Below, piece by piece: positions 8,551-18,227 of a stretch of 64,000 bases of DNA. The stretch comes from Candidatus Zixiibacteriota bacterium (GTDB taxonomy: Bacteria; Zixibacteria; MSB-5A5; GN15; JAAZOE01). A program made the position numbers and the translations under genes. Under the pieces are notes generated by a model, which did no database searches, was not told the origin of the DNA, and worked only from the letters and a program-made list of their open reading frames with translations. The stretch covers positions 128,001 to 192,000 of the forward strand of contig JBDREQ010000025.1 of NCBI GenBank assembly GCA_043819555.1. Reading direction: 5' to 3'. Numbering within the stretch: position 1 is the first letter of the stretch; each line of letters starts with the position of its first letter.

Positions 8551-10131
8551 ATGGAATATCTTAAACAAGTTATTGGACGCCTGGCCGATATCGTTAAACA
8601 AATGACCTTGAGCCAGGTCGTAATGCTCGTGGCGATTGTCGTGGGTTTCATCTTTGGTATTGTTGCCATTGCCGGATGGATCGGTTCGGTAACATATCAA
8701 CCATTATATACCAATCTTGAGGCGGCCGAGGCCGCCGAAATCACCGGCTATCTGGCTGAAAATGGCATTTCGTATAATATTACCGCCGGCGGAACAGCGA
8801 TTGAAGTTCCCGAGTCAGATTTATATGAAGCGCGATTATCGCTGGCCTCGCAGGGATTACCCAACACCGGAAATGTCGGCTACTCAATCTTTGATGAATC
8901 CAATCTGGGGATGACCGAATTTTTGCAGCAATTGAATTTTCGGCGCGCTCTTGAGGGTGAATTGGCAAAAACCATATCATCATTGCGCGAGGTTCAGACG
9001 GCGAGGGTGCATATTGTTATCCCGGAAGATAAATTATTTTCCGAACAGCAAAAGGAAGCGACGGCATCGGTTGTTTTGAAATTGAGACATTCGAACGGGC
9101 TTGGTAAAAAACAGATCAGCGGAATTACTCATCTGATTGCCGCTTCGGTTGAAGGTCTTAAACCCAACAATATTACAATTATTGATTATGACGGCAATAT
9201 GATTTCATCGGGAACCGGCGACAATGAAGTGGCAGCAATGACTTCTAATCAGCTGGAAATAACCCGATCAGTTGAAAATGATCTGGAGCGCAAGGCGCAA
9301 ACAATGCTTGACGGCGTTATGGGCCCCGGAAAAGCAATTGTCCGCGTCACGGCTGAATTGAATTTTCAACAATATGCGCGAACTTCGGAAAACTATGATC
9401 CTAATCTGGTGGCGGTGCGGTCGGAACAAAAAACAGAAAATGCCGGAAAGGCAACTCAAAAAGCGGCTGAGGACGCGGAGAATAATGAAGAAAATAATTC
9501 CGAAGTCACGGTAACCAATTATGAAGTTTCCAAAACAATTGAATCGGTCAGTAATGCCGTGGGAAATATTAGCCGCCTGTCAATTGCTGTTCTGCTTGAT
9601 GGAACTTATCAGACCATTGAAAACGCCAAAGGCGTTGAGGAAATAATCTATGAGCCGCGCACGCAGGAAGAGATTGACCGTTTGTCAGCCATCGTTAAAA
9701 ACGCGGTCGGTTTCACATCGGAAAGAAATGACCAGATTGAGATTGTCAATATTGCCTTTGATAAGACATACATGACCGAGCAACAAAAATCGCTCGACGA
9801 ACAATACACTCGTGAGTTTTACTATGATATTGGCAAAAAAATACTTCTGCTTCTGGCTGCCATATTAGCGCTCTTTTATCTTCGCAAGAAAATTAAAAAA
9901 CTTTTTGAAAGCATCGGGAAAATAATGCCCTCCACTCCGGTCCGATATAAAGAATCAAAACCCAACCCCTTGTCAGGCGGTGCGAAAATGGAAGAAGAGC
10001 CAATGGAAATTGAGGAAATAAAAATGGGAAAACGGCAACCCAGGCTCATCGATAAAATGCAAAGAGTGGCCAGAAATGAACCCGATGAGATTGCCAAAGT
10101 TATTAAAACTCTAATGGTTGATGTGGATTAG
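8551..10131 (+). CDS. fliF: MS-ring protein FliF
   Basis: Two TM segments, RALEGELAKTI, ARVHIVIPE, ASVVL. Confidence 0.95.
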   Translation: MEYLKQVIGRLADIVKQMTLSQVVMLVAIVVGFIFGIVAIAGWIGSVTYQPLYTNLEAAEAAEITGYLAENGISYNITAGGTAIEVPESDLYEARLSLASQGLPNTGNVGYSIFDESNLGMTEFLQQLNFRRALEGELAKTISSLREVQTARVHIVIPEDKLFSEQQKEATASVVLKLRHSNGLGKKQISGITHLIAASVEGLKPNNITIIDYDGNMISSGTGDNEVAAMTSNQLEITRSVENDLERKAQTMLDGVMGPGKAIVRVTAELNFQQYARTSENYDPNLVAVRSEQKTENAGKATQKAAEDAENNEENNSEVTVTNYEVSKTIESVSNAVGNISRLSIAVLLDGTYQTIENAKGVEEIIYEPRTQEEIDRLSAIVKNAVGFTSERNDQIEIVNIAFDKTYMTEQQKSLDEQYTREFYYDIGKKILLLLAAILALFYLRKKIKKLFESIGKIMPSTPVRYKESKPNPLSGGAKMEEEPMEIEEIKMGKRQPRLIDKMQRVARNEPDEIAKVIKTLMVDVD

Positions 10132-10138
10132 GTGAGAT

Positions 10139-11152
10139 ATGCCCAATTATGATGAATTAACAGCGACTCAGAAAGCCGCCATCGCTCTCGTGGCTTTTGG
10201 GACAGAAGTATCTTCTTTGGTCCTGAAATCACTAAGCGAGCAGGACCTTGAAAAAATAACCATCGAAATAGCCAATCTTCGCGAAGTTCCTCCTGAAGTG
10301 GAAGAGCAGGTCTTGAAAGAATGTCATGAAATTTTTATGGCTCGCCAGTATATATCTCAAGGCGGTATTGACTTTGCCAAAGATATACTGGAAAAAGCCG
10401 TTGGCGGGCGGCGGGCTCTTGAAATTCTCAATCGCCTGGAATCTTCTTTGAGAACATCAGGTTTTAACCTGTTGAAAAATATTGATCCACAGCAATTGGT
10501 GAATTTTATCCGTAATGAACACCCCCAGACGATTTCATTAATATTGACCCAATTGATCCCGCAGCAGGCTGCGGCGGTACTGTCCGAATTACCCCCCGAA
10601 TTGCAGGCAGAAGTGGCTCTGCGCGTCGCCAATATGGAAAAGATTTCTCCCGGAGTCCTGAAAGAAGTGGAATTGACATTGCAGGGTCAATTCGCCGATA
10701 GCGCCAGTCGTGATTTATCGGTTTCCGGAGGCGCCAAGACAATTGCTGAAATACTAAACCTGATTGAAACTACTTCCGAAAAAAATATACTTTACGCAAT
10801 TGAAGCTGAAGATCCCGATCTGGCGGCAGAAATTAAAAACATGATGTTTATCTTTGATGATATTGTACTCCTTGATGATCGCGGCATACAGAGGCTCCTA
10901 AAAGAAGTGGAGACCAAAGATCTGGCCATTTCTCTAAAGGCGGCTTCCGAAGAGGTAAGAAACAAAATCTTTTCCAATGTATCGGAGCGTGTGGCAGTCT
11001 TGATCAGGGAAGAAATGGAATTTATGGGTCCAATGCGATTAACTGATGTGGAAACGGCACAACAGAGAATTGTGGAATCAGTTCGTCGTCTCGAAGAAGA
11101 AGGTCAACTGGTTATCGCCGGTCGCAGCGGAAAGGAAGATATCATTGTCTAA
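10139..11152 (+). CDS. fliG: Motor switch protein FliG
   Basis: QKAAI, EHPQTI, MFIFDD, MGPMRLTDVE. Confidence 0.96.
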   Translation: MPNYDELTATQKAAIALVAFGTEVSSLVLKSLSEQDLEKITIEIANLREVPPEVEEQVLKECHEIFMARQYISQGGIDFAKDILEKAVGGRRALEILNRLESSLRTSGFNLLKNIDPQQLVNFIRNEHPQTISLILTQLIPQQAAAVLSELPPELQAEVALRVANMEKISPGVLKEVELTLQGQFADSASRDLSVSGGAKTIAEILNLIETTSEKNILYAIEAEDPDLAAEIKNMMFIFDDIVLLDDRGIQRLLKEVETKDLAISLKAASEEVRNKIFSNVSERVAVLIREEMEFMGPMRLTDVETAQQRIVESVRRLEEEGQLVIAGRSGKEDIIV

Positions 11153-11861
11153 AGTATTGTCTCTCCCATTGGCCAATGACAAGGTTCTTATCGGAGAATA
11201 CTCAATTGATTACGAGGCTGAGCGAAAGGCCGAATCGTTGCTTCAGACAGAATATCCGGGTTTGATGGTTCTCACATCACCCGAGGGGAAAAAACAAATT
11301 CCTTTGCAGGATCTAATCCAGCTTCATAATAAATTCAGTCAAGAGATAAAAGAGGCTTATAATAAAGGTTATGAAGAGGGAAAACAATCAGGTTATGAAG
11401 ATGGTTTAAATGAGGGATTGGAGGAGGCGCGGCAAGTTGTTGATTCGTTAAGCGGGGCGTTATCCGATATAATCAATCAGCGCCATCAGCTTTTGACTGA
11501 ATCAAAAAACAAAATCCTCGACTTGGTTTTGAAAATATCCAGGAAATTAACATTTTCCGCTGCGGAGTTTAATTCGCAGATTACTAAGTCTATCATTACC
11601 GGGTCGATTGAGCAATTAATCGATAAAAGGAACATCAAGGTTAAAGTTCATCCCGGTCATCTGGCCGAACTGGAACAGTACATTGACAAATTTATGGGCA
11701 GCAATGCTGCCATAAAGGAGTTTAATATTGAGCCTGATCCGCGCATCAGGGTTGGCGGTTGTTTTATTGAAACTCCATCCGGCGATATCGATGCCCGGCT
11801 CGAATCGATGTACGAAGTCATTAAACAGGCCTTACTTGACGGCGAGGATTCTCCGGAGTGA
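11145..11861 (+). CDS. fliH: Export apparatus protein FliH
   Basis: GxxxG repeats (GYEEGKQSGYEDG), GGCFIETPSGDIDA; probable TTG start overlapping the fliG stop. Confidence 0.88.
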   Translation: MSKVLSLPLANDKVLIGEYSIDYEAERKAESLLQTEYPGLMVLTSPEGKKQIPLQDLIQLHNKFSQEIKEAYNKGYEEGKQSGYEDGLNEGLEEARQVVDSLSGALSDIINQRHQLLTESKNKILDLVLKISRKLTFSAAEFNSQITKSIITGSIEQLIDKRNIKVKVHPGHLAELEQYIDKFMGSNAAIKEFNIEPDPRIRVGGCFIETPSGDIDARLESMYEVIKQALLDGEDSPE

Positions 11862-13207
11862 AAATAGAATACGACTATTACGGCGGCAAGATTGATTCTT
11901 TGCGATTGATAAAGCAATATGGAACTGTCAGCCGTGTCAGCGGATTGGTGATTGAATCGAAGGGCCCGGCGGTTCAGGTTGGATCTTTATGCCGCATTGA
12001 ATCAGCCGATTTGGAGATTTCCGTCCCGGCCGAAGTAGTCGGATTTAAAGATCATACAATTTTTCTTATGCCCCTGGGAAGTATCCAGGGCATTACTCCC
12101 GGCTCCATCGTGACAAGTACCGGCGAACAATTGCATGTGCCGGTCGGCGATCAACTTTTAGGCCGCGTAATAGATGGTTTGGGTAATCCCCTGGACGAAA
12201 AGGGGCCGGTTATAAGTTCGCATAACAGGTTATTGTATTCACAACCCCCAGCCAGCTTGAAAAGGGCACGCATAACAGAACCTCTTTATACTGGAATCAA
12301 AGCTATAGACACTATGATCACATGCGGCAAAGGCCAGCGATTGGGCATATTCTCCGGTTCCGGTGTCGGCAAATCGGTCATGATGGGTATGATTGCGCGC
12401 GGTACCAGCGCCGATGTTACCGTAATTGGCCTGGTGGGGGAGAGAAGCCGAGAGGTGAAAGAATTTATTGAAAACGATCTTGGCCCGGAAGGATTGGCTC
12501 GAACGGTCGTTGTGGCGGTTACATCAGATGAACCGGCCTTAATACGTCTCAAGGGAATATTGACGGCAACGACAATTGCCGAGTATTTCAGGGATCAGGG
12601 CAAAGATGTTATGCTTCTGGTTGACTCGTTGACCCGAGTCGCGATGGCGCAGAGAGAAATCGGATTATCAATTGGAGAGCCTCCCGCGACAAAAGGCTAC
12701 CCGCCTTCGGTATTTGCGCTGCTGCCCAAAATTCTGGAGCGATCCGGTTCGGGCATTCGTGGTTCAATTACCGGTTTGTATACCGTGCTGGTAGAGGGAG
12801 ATGATTTCAATGAACCGATTTCCGATGCGGTCAGATCAGTTATTGACGGCCATATTGTCCTGTCGAGACGACTGGCATCTCGCAATCATTATCCGGCCAT
12901 TGATGTCCTGGATTCGGTGAGCCGCCTGATGCCGCAAGTGGCGAATGAAAATCATAAAAAATCGGCGGGACAAATCAAAGAACTTCTGGCAACCTATCGC
13001 GATGCAGAAGACCTGATAAACATCGGAGCCTATGTCAAAGGCTCCTCCAATAAGATTGACGACTCCATTTTCTGTAATGACAGGATAAATGAATTCATGA
13101 AACAGGGGATATATGAACAGGCTGATCCTCTCGAAGCAATTGCGGCTCTGCCATCCCTGATTGAAATACCTGATAATGAAAGAGAAAAAACCGTTGAAAA
13201 AATTTAA
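11858..13207 (+). CDS. fliI: Flagellar export ATPase FliI
   Basis: GSGVGKS, GLVGER, DSLTR, GEPPATKGYPPS. Confidence 0.96.
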   Translation: MKIEYDYYGGKIDSLRLIKQYGTVSRVSGLVIESKGPAVQVGSLCRIESADLEISVPAEVVGFKDHTIFLMPLGSIQGITPGSIVTSTGEQLHVPVGDQLLGRVIDGLGNPLDEKGPVISSHNRLLYSQPPASLKRARITEPLYTGIKAIDTMITCGKGQRLGIFSGSGVGKSVMMGMIARGTSADVTVIGLVGERSREVKEFIENDLGPEGLARTVVVAVTSDEPALIRLKGILTATTIAEYFRDQGKDVMLLVDSLTRVAMAQREIGLSIGEPPATKGYPPSVFALLPKILERSGSGIRGSITGLYTVLVEGDDFNEPISDAVRSVIDGHIVLSRRLASRNHYPAIDVLDSVSRLMPQVANENHKKSAGQIKELLATYRDAEDLINIGAYVKGSSNKIDDSIFCNDRINEFMKQGIYEQADPLEAIAALPSLIEIPDNEREKTVEKI

Positions 13208-13637
13208 TTACAGATTTGAAAAAGTTCTTTCATTCAAGAAACACCTCGAAAAGCAAAAACAGCGAGAGTTGGCCGAGGCGATCGCTTTTGAACAAAAACA
13301 AAAGCAGGAAATTCTGGCGGTTCTGGACGATAGATCAAATCATCAACTACAGGAAAAGAAATTTCTCACTGGAAAAATCGATGGCAATCTTTTGACGCGA
13401 TACTCCAGATATTATATGAAATTAAAACAAATGGAAATTAACGGCCGTGAATTGCTGGCAAATATCAAAGAAGAAGTAGGGAAGAGGCATGAAAAGTTGG
13501 TGGGAGCCACAAAGCAAAGAAAAATATATGAAAAATTGAAAGAGCGCCACCTTGACAGGCATACAAACGAATTGAAGTTGCTACTGCAAAAAGAAAATGA
13601 TGAAATCGGGCAGACGATGTTTTTTAGAAATAAATAA
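13194..13637 (+). CDS. fliJ: Flagellar export protein FliJ
   Basis: KKFNYRFEKVL N-terminus, YEKLKER, QKENDE; follows fliI; probable TTG start. Confidence 0.88.
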   Translation: MKKFNYRFEKVLSFKKHLEKQKQRELAEAIAFEQKQKQEILAVLDDRSNHQLQEKKFLTGKIDGNLLTRYSRYYMKLKQMEINGRELLANIKEEVGKRHEKLVGATKQRKIYEKLKERHLDRHTNELKLLLQKENDEIGQTMFFRNK

Positions 13638-13650
13638 TCCTCTCTACAAT

Positions 13651-13686
13651 AAAAAAAGCCCTCTGGTTTTGCCGGGGGGCTTTTTT
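13651..13686. terminator. Bidirectional terminator between fliJ and the convergent cohesin gene
   Basis: A7-GCCCTCTGG-TTTTG-CCGGGGGGC-T6. Confidence 0.85.
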
Positions 13687-13687
13687 G

Positions 13688-14962
13688 TTATTTTATCATT
13701 ACCATTTTTCGTATCAGAGTTTTGTCATTCGTTTTAAGCCGGTAAAAATAAATTCCGGATGAAAGGCTGTGCCCCTGTTCATTTTTTCCGTCAAAGGTAA
13801 TTTCCTTTTCTCCCGCCGGCATTATCCCGGAATGCAAAGTTTTTATCCGCTGCCCAAGTACATTGAAAACCTCAAGGCTGACCATTAATTGTTCAGGCAA
13901 TCCAAATTGAATAGTGGTAGTCGGGTTAAACGGATTAGGGTAATTTTGAGATAAATATAAAGTACCGGGCAGGGCCTTAGCGGATTTGTCATCAGCATCT
14001 GTTGTCATATCGATAAGGATTGAACCTGTGCCTAAGGCAGGATAGGCTTTGACATAATCATAAATTGGACCAAGCTGAGTCAACATTTCTGCGCCAGGCG
14101 TCATTGTGGTATCAAGAACGACAAACGGAGTCGTGCCGGTGGTGACGCTTGAAAAATATATTTTTGCCAGCGGACCGATACCGGGGGGGAGAAGTTGAGT
14201 GCTATAGAAGTCCAGACTCAACATTGCCTGCTTGAGATTATTATCAATGATAATATTAGCGTTGGCGGCATTTTGTGACCGCGTTTCGACAATCGATATT
14301 GAATCGATAAAAAGATTATCCGATGGATAAGCAAACGGCAATACGATTTTGCTAAGATCAATCTCAGTTAATCCATATATAATAACTTCAAAATCATCGC
14401 CGGCTTTTGTTTCCACATTATCAAACCAAATGGAATCATTGAGAGCCGGGGCAAAGGCGTTACTAATGTAACCCCTGTTGAAATTGGGAGTAAACCATTC
14501 ATTAGTCGATAAAACAAAAGTCAATTCGGTATTAACGGTCGTGGTGTCAAAATAAATCATCCGCTGAGGATAACCATTTGGTACGGTGACGAAAATTCTG
14601 GCAAGAAGTCCTCGCCCGGGATCAATAAAAGAATCATCCTGAGTAAGTTCAAGGGCGCCGATATGAATTCGGGCCAGTGATGGATCAATAATACCAAGAG
14701 TTGTTAATCTGCCTTCTGTCCTGCTTCCTGCGAAAGAAACCGAATCAACGATTAAATCGGGATAGAAATAGACGAGTGGCGCGTCTATCCCAGTTATATT
14801 TTCAGCATTCGAAAAATAAACCCCCAAAATGGCCTTTTGTCCGGAATGGGTCGAAATCGTATCAATCCAGAGAGTATCGGTGTCACTGATTGGATTGACT
14901 GCCCAAACAGGCGAAACCAAAATGATAAGTATTGCTGAAATGAATATCGTACTCTTTAACAT
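13688..14962 (-). CDS. Secreted protein with two cohesin-like repeats and a T9SS type-A-like C-terminal sorting domain
   Basis: Signal peptide; repeats DTLWID..DSVSFAGSR and DSIWFD..DSISIVETR; CTD LSQNYPNPFNP...SSGIYFYRL...KMVMIK. Confidence 0.8.
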   Translation of the reverse strand: MLKSTIFISAILIILVSPVWAVNPISDTDTLWIDTISTHSGQKAILGVYFSNAENITGIDAPLVYFYPDLIVDSVSFAGSRTEGRLTTLGIIDPSLARIHIGALELTQDDSFIDPGRGLLARIFVTVPNGYPQRMIYFDTTTVNTELTFVLSTNEWFTPNFNRGYISNAFAPALNDSIWFDNVETKAGDDFEVIIYGLTEIDLSKIVLPFAYPSDNLFIDSISIVETRSQNAANANIIIDNNLKQAMLSLDFYSTQLLPPGIGPLAKIYFSSVTTGTTPFVVLDTTMTPGAEMLTQLGPIYDYVKAYPALGTGSILIDMTTDADDKSAKALPGTLYLSQNYPNPFNPTTTIQFGLPEQLMVSLEVFNVLGQRIKTLHSGIMPAGEKEITFDGKNEQGHSLSSGIYFYRLKTNDKTLIRKMVMIK

Positions 14963-15324
14963 ATTTCTGCCAGTATCATATACTTATATGGCCTTTACAG
15001 CAAAAATTATGCACTAATTACCGACTAAGAAGGCTCCCATCCAAATATTGCGGTAGATAAATGTAATTAAGCCGACATTAAGGAGTTAGGCCCGATTACA
15101 TGAATATAATAGATTTTTGGCAGGTTCCAAATAAATATTGCATACCTCAATTTATGATTTTTGCGCAGGGTTTTGCGTAAAAAAAGAACCCATGGAAAAA
15201 TCTTCAGGTCATCTCTGGAGCTTTTTTCCGAAAATCCACTTTTACAAAGCCCACTCATTTTTAGGCATTATCGCAACTCACAGTATAATATGGATTTAGA
15301 CGCATCGTTTGGTTTAGCCTTTTG

Positions 15325-15340
15325 TGGCATACTCCTTGCC
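15325..15340 (+). promoter_or_regulatory. Sigma54 -24/-12 promoter for the flgF operon
   Basis: TGGCATACTCCTTGCC, exact GG-N10-GC spacing. Confidence 0.85.
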
Positions 15341-15364
15341 TATGATGGAAATGGAGGAATATCT

Positions 15365-16102
15365 ATGATTAAAGGTATATATAAGGCCGCATCCGGCATG
15401 GTACCGCGAATGAAAAAACAGGAGATAACCGCCAATAATATTGCCAATGCATCAACTCCCGGATTTAAGAAAGAATCGACTTTCATAAAAGAACTTGATT
15501 CTGCTACTAAATCGATATTACCGAAAAAATCAGACTGGCAAACGCCAATGATTGACCAAATATATACTGATTATTCTCAGGGGACTTTCAATAAAACAGG
15601 AAATCCGCTCGATGTCGCCATTGATGGTGAGGGATTCTTTGTTTTGGAAAACGTCGATGGGGACGATCGCCAGTATTCGCGCAACGGCAGCTTCTCTGTG
15701 GATCCTGAGGGTTTCTTAATCAGCAGCAGCGGTTATCGCGTGATGGGAGAAGGGGGGCCGATTGAAGCCGCCGGCGGCATGATTGAGATTAATGAGTCAG
15801 GTGAATTGATGATTGATGGAAATACCACCAATCGATTGCAGATTGTGAACTTTGAAGATAAAAACATATTGGGGAAAGTCGGCAGCTCCGGTTTTGTGGC
15901 GCAGGGAGATTCTGAGCCATTACCGGCAGTGGGATTCTCGGTCCGGCAGGGATATCTTGAAAATTCCAACATCAATGTTATCAAGGAAATGGTGGGGATG
16001 ATAATCACTCTTCGCAATTTTGAAACCGGTGCGAAGATGATTCAAACCCAGGATGAGAGTCTCAAGACGCTATTTACTCAAGTAGGCAAAACACAAATGT
16101 AA
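15365..16102 (+). CDS. flgF: Basal-body rod protein FlgF
   Basis: MIKGIYKAASGM, ANNIANASTPGFK, TGNPLDVAI, GYLENSN; ATG 15365 with GGAGG RBS. Confidence 0.9.
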   Translation: MIKGIYKAASGMVPRMKKQEITANNIANASTPGFKKESTFIKELDSATKSILPKKSDWQTPMIDQIYTDYSQGTFNKTGNPLDVAIDGEGFFVLENVDGDDRQYSRNGSFSVDPEGFLISSSGYRVMGEGGPIEAAGGMIEINESGELMIDGNTTNRLQIVNFEDKNILGKVGSSGFVAQGDSEPLPAVGFSVRQGYLENSNINVIKEMVGMIITLRNFETGAKMIQTQDESLKTLFTQVGKTQM

Positions 16103-16120
16103 TAGATAAAGGAATTTATC

Positions 16121-16909
16121 ATGATTAAGGCCATGAACACGGCGGCGACGGGAATGGTCGCCCAGCAGACCAATATTGACAACATTGCCAACAACCTGGC
16201 AAACGTCAATACTACGGCATTCAAGAAATCGAGAATTGAATTTCAGGATATTTTATATCAAAATTTCCGCCGAGCCGGTTCGCCCTCGGCTGTCGGCGCG
16301 ATTATCCCCACCAATCTTGATGTTGGTTATGGATCCCGCGCTGTTGCGACTAATCGCGAGTTTAGTCCGGGTTCGGTGCAAATCACAAAGAGCGCGACCG
16401 ATCTGGCAATTGGGGGGAATGGCTTCTTTCAGATCGAAATGCCGGATGGCACGATCGGATATACTCGTGACGGATCGTTTAAGCTTAGCGCTGACGGTCA
16501 GTTTGTAACGTCCGACGGTTTTATTATGACGCCAAATATTACTGTGCCTGAGGATGCGACTGATTTATCGATCGGCATTGACGGCCAGGTATTTGCACTT
16601 ATTGTCGGGAATGACACTCCGCAGGAGGTAGGGCAGATTGAATTGGCGAAGTTTATCAATCCGGCCGGATTGTCGGCGGTAGGCCATAACATTTTTACCC
16701 AAACCCCGGCTTCGGGAACTCCGATTACCGGTTCGCCCGGTTCGGAAGGATTTGGTCCGGTTGAGCAGGGGCAACTGGAAACATCCAATGTTTCGGTCGT
16801 CGATGAAATGGTCAATATGATTATGGCGCAGCGAGCCTATGAGATAAACTCCAAAGTTATCCAGACATCTGATGACATGACACAAGTTGTGAACAGCCTG
16901 AAGAGGTAA
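16121..16909 (+). CDS. flgG: Distal rod protein FlgG
   Basis: ANNLANVNT, FQDILYQ, YTRDGSF, QRAYEINSKVI. Confidence 0.96.
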   Translation: MIKAMNTAATGMVAQQTNIDNIANNLANVNTTAFKKSRIEFQDILYQNFRRAGSPSAVGAIIPTNLDVGYGSRAVATNREFSPGSVQITKSATDLAIGGNGFFQIEMPDGTIGYTRDGSFKLSADGQFVTSDGFIMTPNITVPEDATDLSIGIDGQVFALIVGNDTPQEVGQIELAKFINPAGLSAVGHNIFTQTPASGTPITGSPGSEGFGPVEQGQLETSNVSVVDEMVNMIMAQRAYEINSKVIQTSDDMTQVVNSLKR

Positions 16910-16911
16910 TT

Positions 16912-17616
16912 ATGCTAAGAACAGCTTTGATTGCGTTAGTCTGCCTGTTGATTATACCGGCCATATTAAAGGCTGAGAATAGCAGGGAAGATCTTGAATA
17001 TCTTGAATCCTTTCTCTCTGAAAAAATCATTTCTGATTATGGATTTAATTCGGATGAAGTCGAGATACAACTAATCAGATGCGGCGCCAGACTTGATAAT
17101 TTATCGACAAGCGAAATTCAGGCGTATCCATTGGCACAGTCCAATCCACGGGGCCGTTTTCCGATGCGAATCGAAATTTATCGAGATAATGCAATGACCG
17201 GAAAAGGGTCGGTTACAATTGATGTCCGTTTGTTTGCCGACCTGCCGGTTCCGGTTCGACGGATCAACCGCCACGCTATTCTGAATCCTCAAATGTTCAT
17301 TTTGAAGCGATTTGAGGTGACGTCAATCAGAGAGAAAATGCTCACTGATCTTGCTCAGCTGGATAATATACGGGCCAAACAAAATCTGGCCGAAGGACAG
17401 TATGTTTCACTGAATAAAATAGAGAAAATCCCTGATGTGGAAAATGGAATGTCGATCACGATTATTGCCTCAGCCGGTACGTTTGATATACGCGCCAAGG
17501 GAATGGCGCTTCAGAGAGGATATATCGGTGAATCGATCAAAGTCAAAAATGTTGATTCCAAAAAAATAATTATTGGGAAGATAACATCTCCCGGAGTCGT
17601 GGAAATAACGCTCTGA
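16912..17616 (+). CDS. flgA: P-ring assembly chaperone FlgA
   Basis: Signal peptide, SAF-like C-terminus G.ALQRG..GE.IKVKN..S; lies between flgG and flgH. Confidence 0.85.
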   Translation: MLRTALIALVCLLIIPAILKAENSREDLEYLESFLSEKIISDYGFNSDEVEIQLIRCGARLDNLSTSEIQAYPLAQSNPRGRFPMRIEIYRDNAMTGKGSVTIDVRLFADLPVPVRRINRHAILNPQMFILKRFEVTSIREKMLTDLAQLDNIRAKQNLAEGQYVSLNKIEKIPDVENGMSITIIASAGTFDIRAKGMALQRGYIGESIKVKNVDSKKIIIGKITSPGVVEITL

Positions 17617-17631
17617 ACCATGGAGGGTCAG

Positions 17632-18219
17632 ATGAATATAAAACGAATTCTCATCATCACGGCGGTTATGCTGCTGCTGCCATTTACGCTTAAAATTTAT
17701 GGCGGCGATTTTGGGCAGGCCGCTTCACTGTTTTCGGATATCAAGGCAAATAAGGTTGGTGATATTCTTACAGTCAATGTCTATGAAAATACGCAGGCGA
17801 CCAATAAATCGGAAAGTAAAACCGAAAAAACCGGAACGTTCGAGACATCCGGGGGACCCGGTACGGGTATCCTTGATTTTATCCCGCTTTTTGGCGCCAA
17901 AGGTGAAAACAAGAATAGCTTTGACGGCAAAGGTGAAAATCTCCGGAATCGAAATTTAAGAGCTAAAATGTCAGTGACCGTAATGGCCGCCAAAGAAAAT
18001 GGCGATCTGGTCATCGAAGGCACGCGTACCATTGGAATTTCCAATGACCGAGAGACATTGACTCTCAGCGGCGTTGTACGCCAGCGCGATATAAACCCTG
18101 ATAACAGCATTGAATCGTATTTGATTGCCGATGCGCAAATAACGTATCGCGGTAAGGGGGCAATTACCGATGCCAGCCGCCCGGGACCGATCATGCGCTT
18201 TCTTAACTGGCTGTTTTAG
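17632..18219 (+). CDS. flgH: L-ring protein FlgH
   Basis: LFSDIKANKVGDILTV, NGDLVIEG, SGVVRQRDI, IADA.I.Y.GKG; start at 17632 (GGAGGG RBS) or 17620. Confidence 0.92.
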   Translation: MNIKRILIITAVMLLLPFTLKIYGGDFGQAASLFSDIKANKVGDILTVNVYENTQATNKSESKTEKTGTFETSGGPGTGILDFIPLFGAKGENKNSFDGKGENLRNRNLRAKMSVTVMAAKENGDLVIEGTRTIGISNDRETLTLSGVVRQRDINPDNSIESYLIADAQITYRGKGAITDASRPGPIMRFLNWLF

Positions 18220-18227
18220 GAGGAATC

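Noticed and set aside
14183..14189. Phase-variable homopolymer (G7; also A-runs near 22568 and 40108)
   Set aside because: The tracts are short, the frames are intact, and one run belongs to a terminator.
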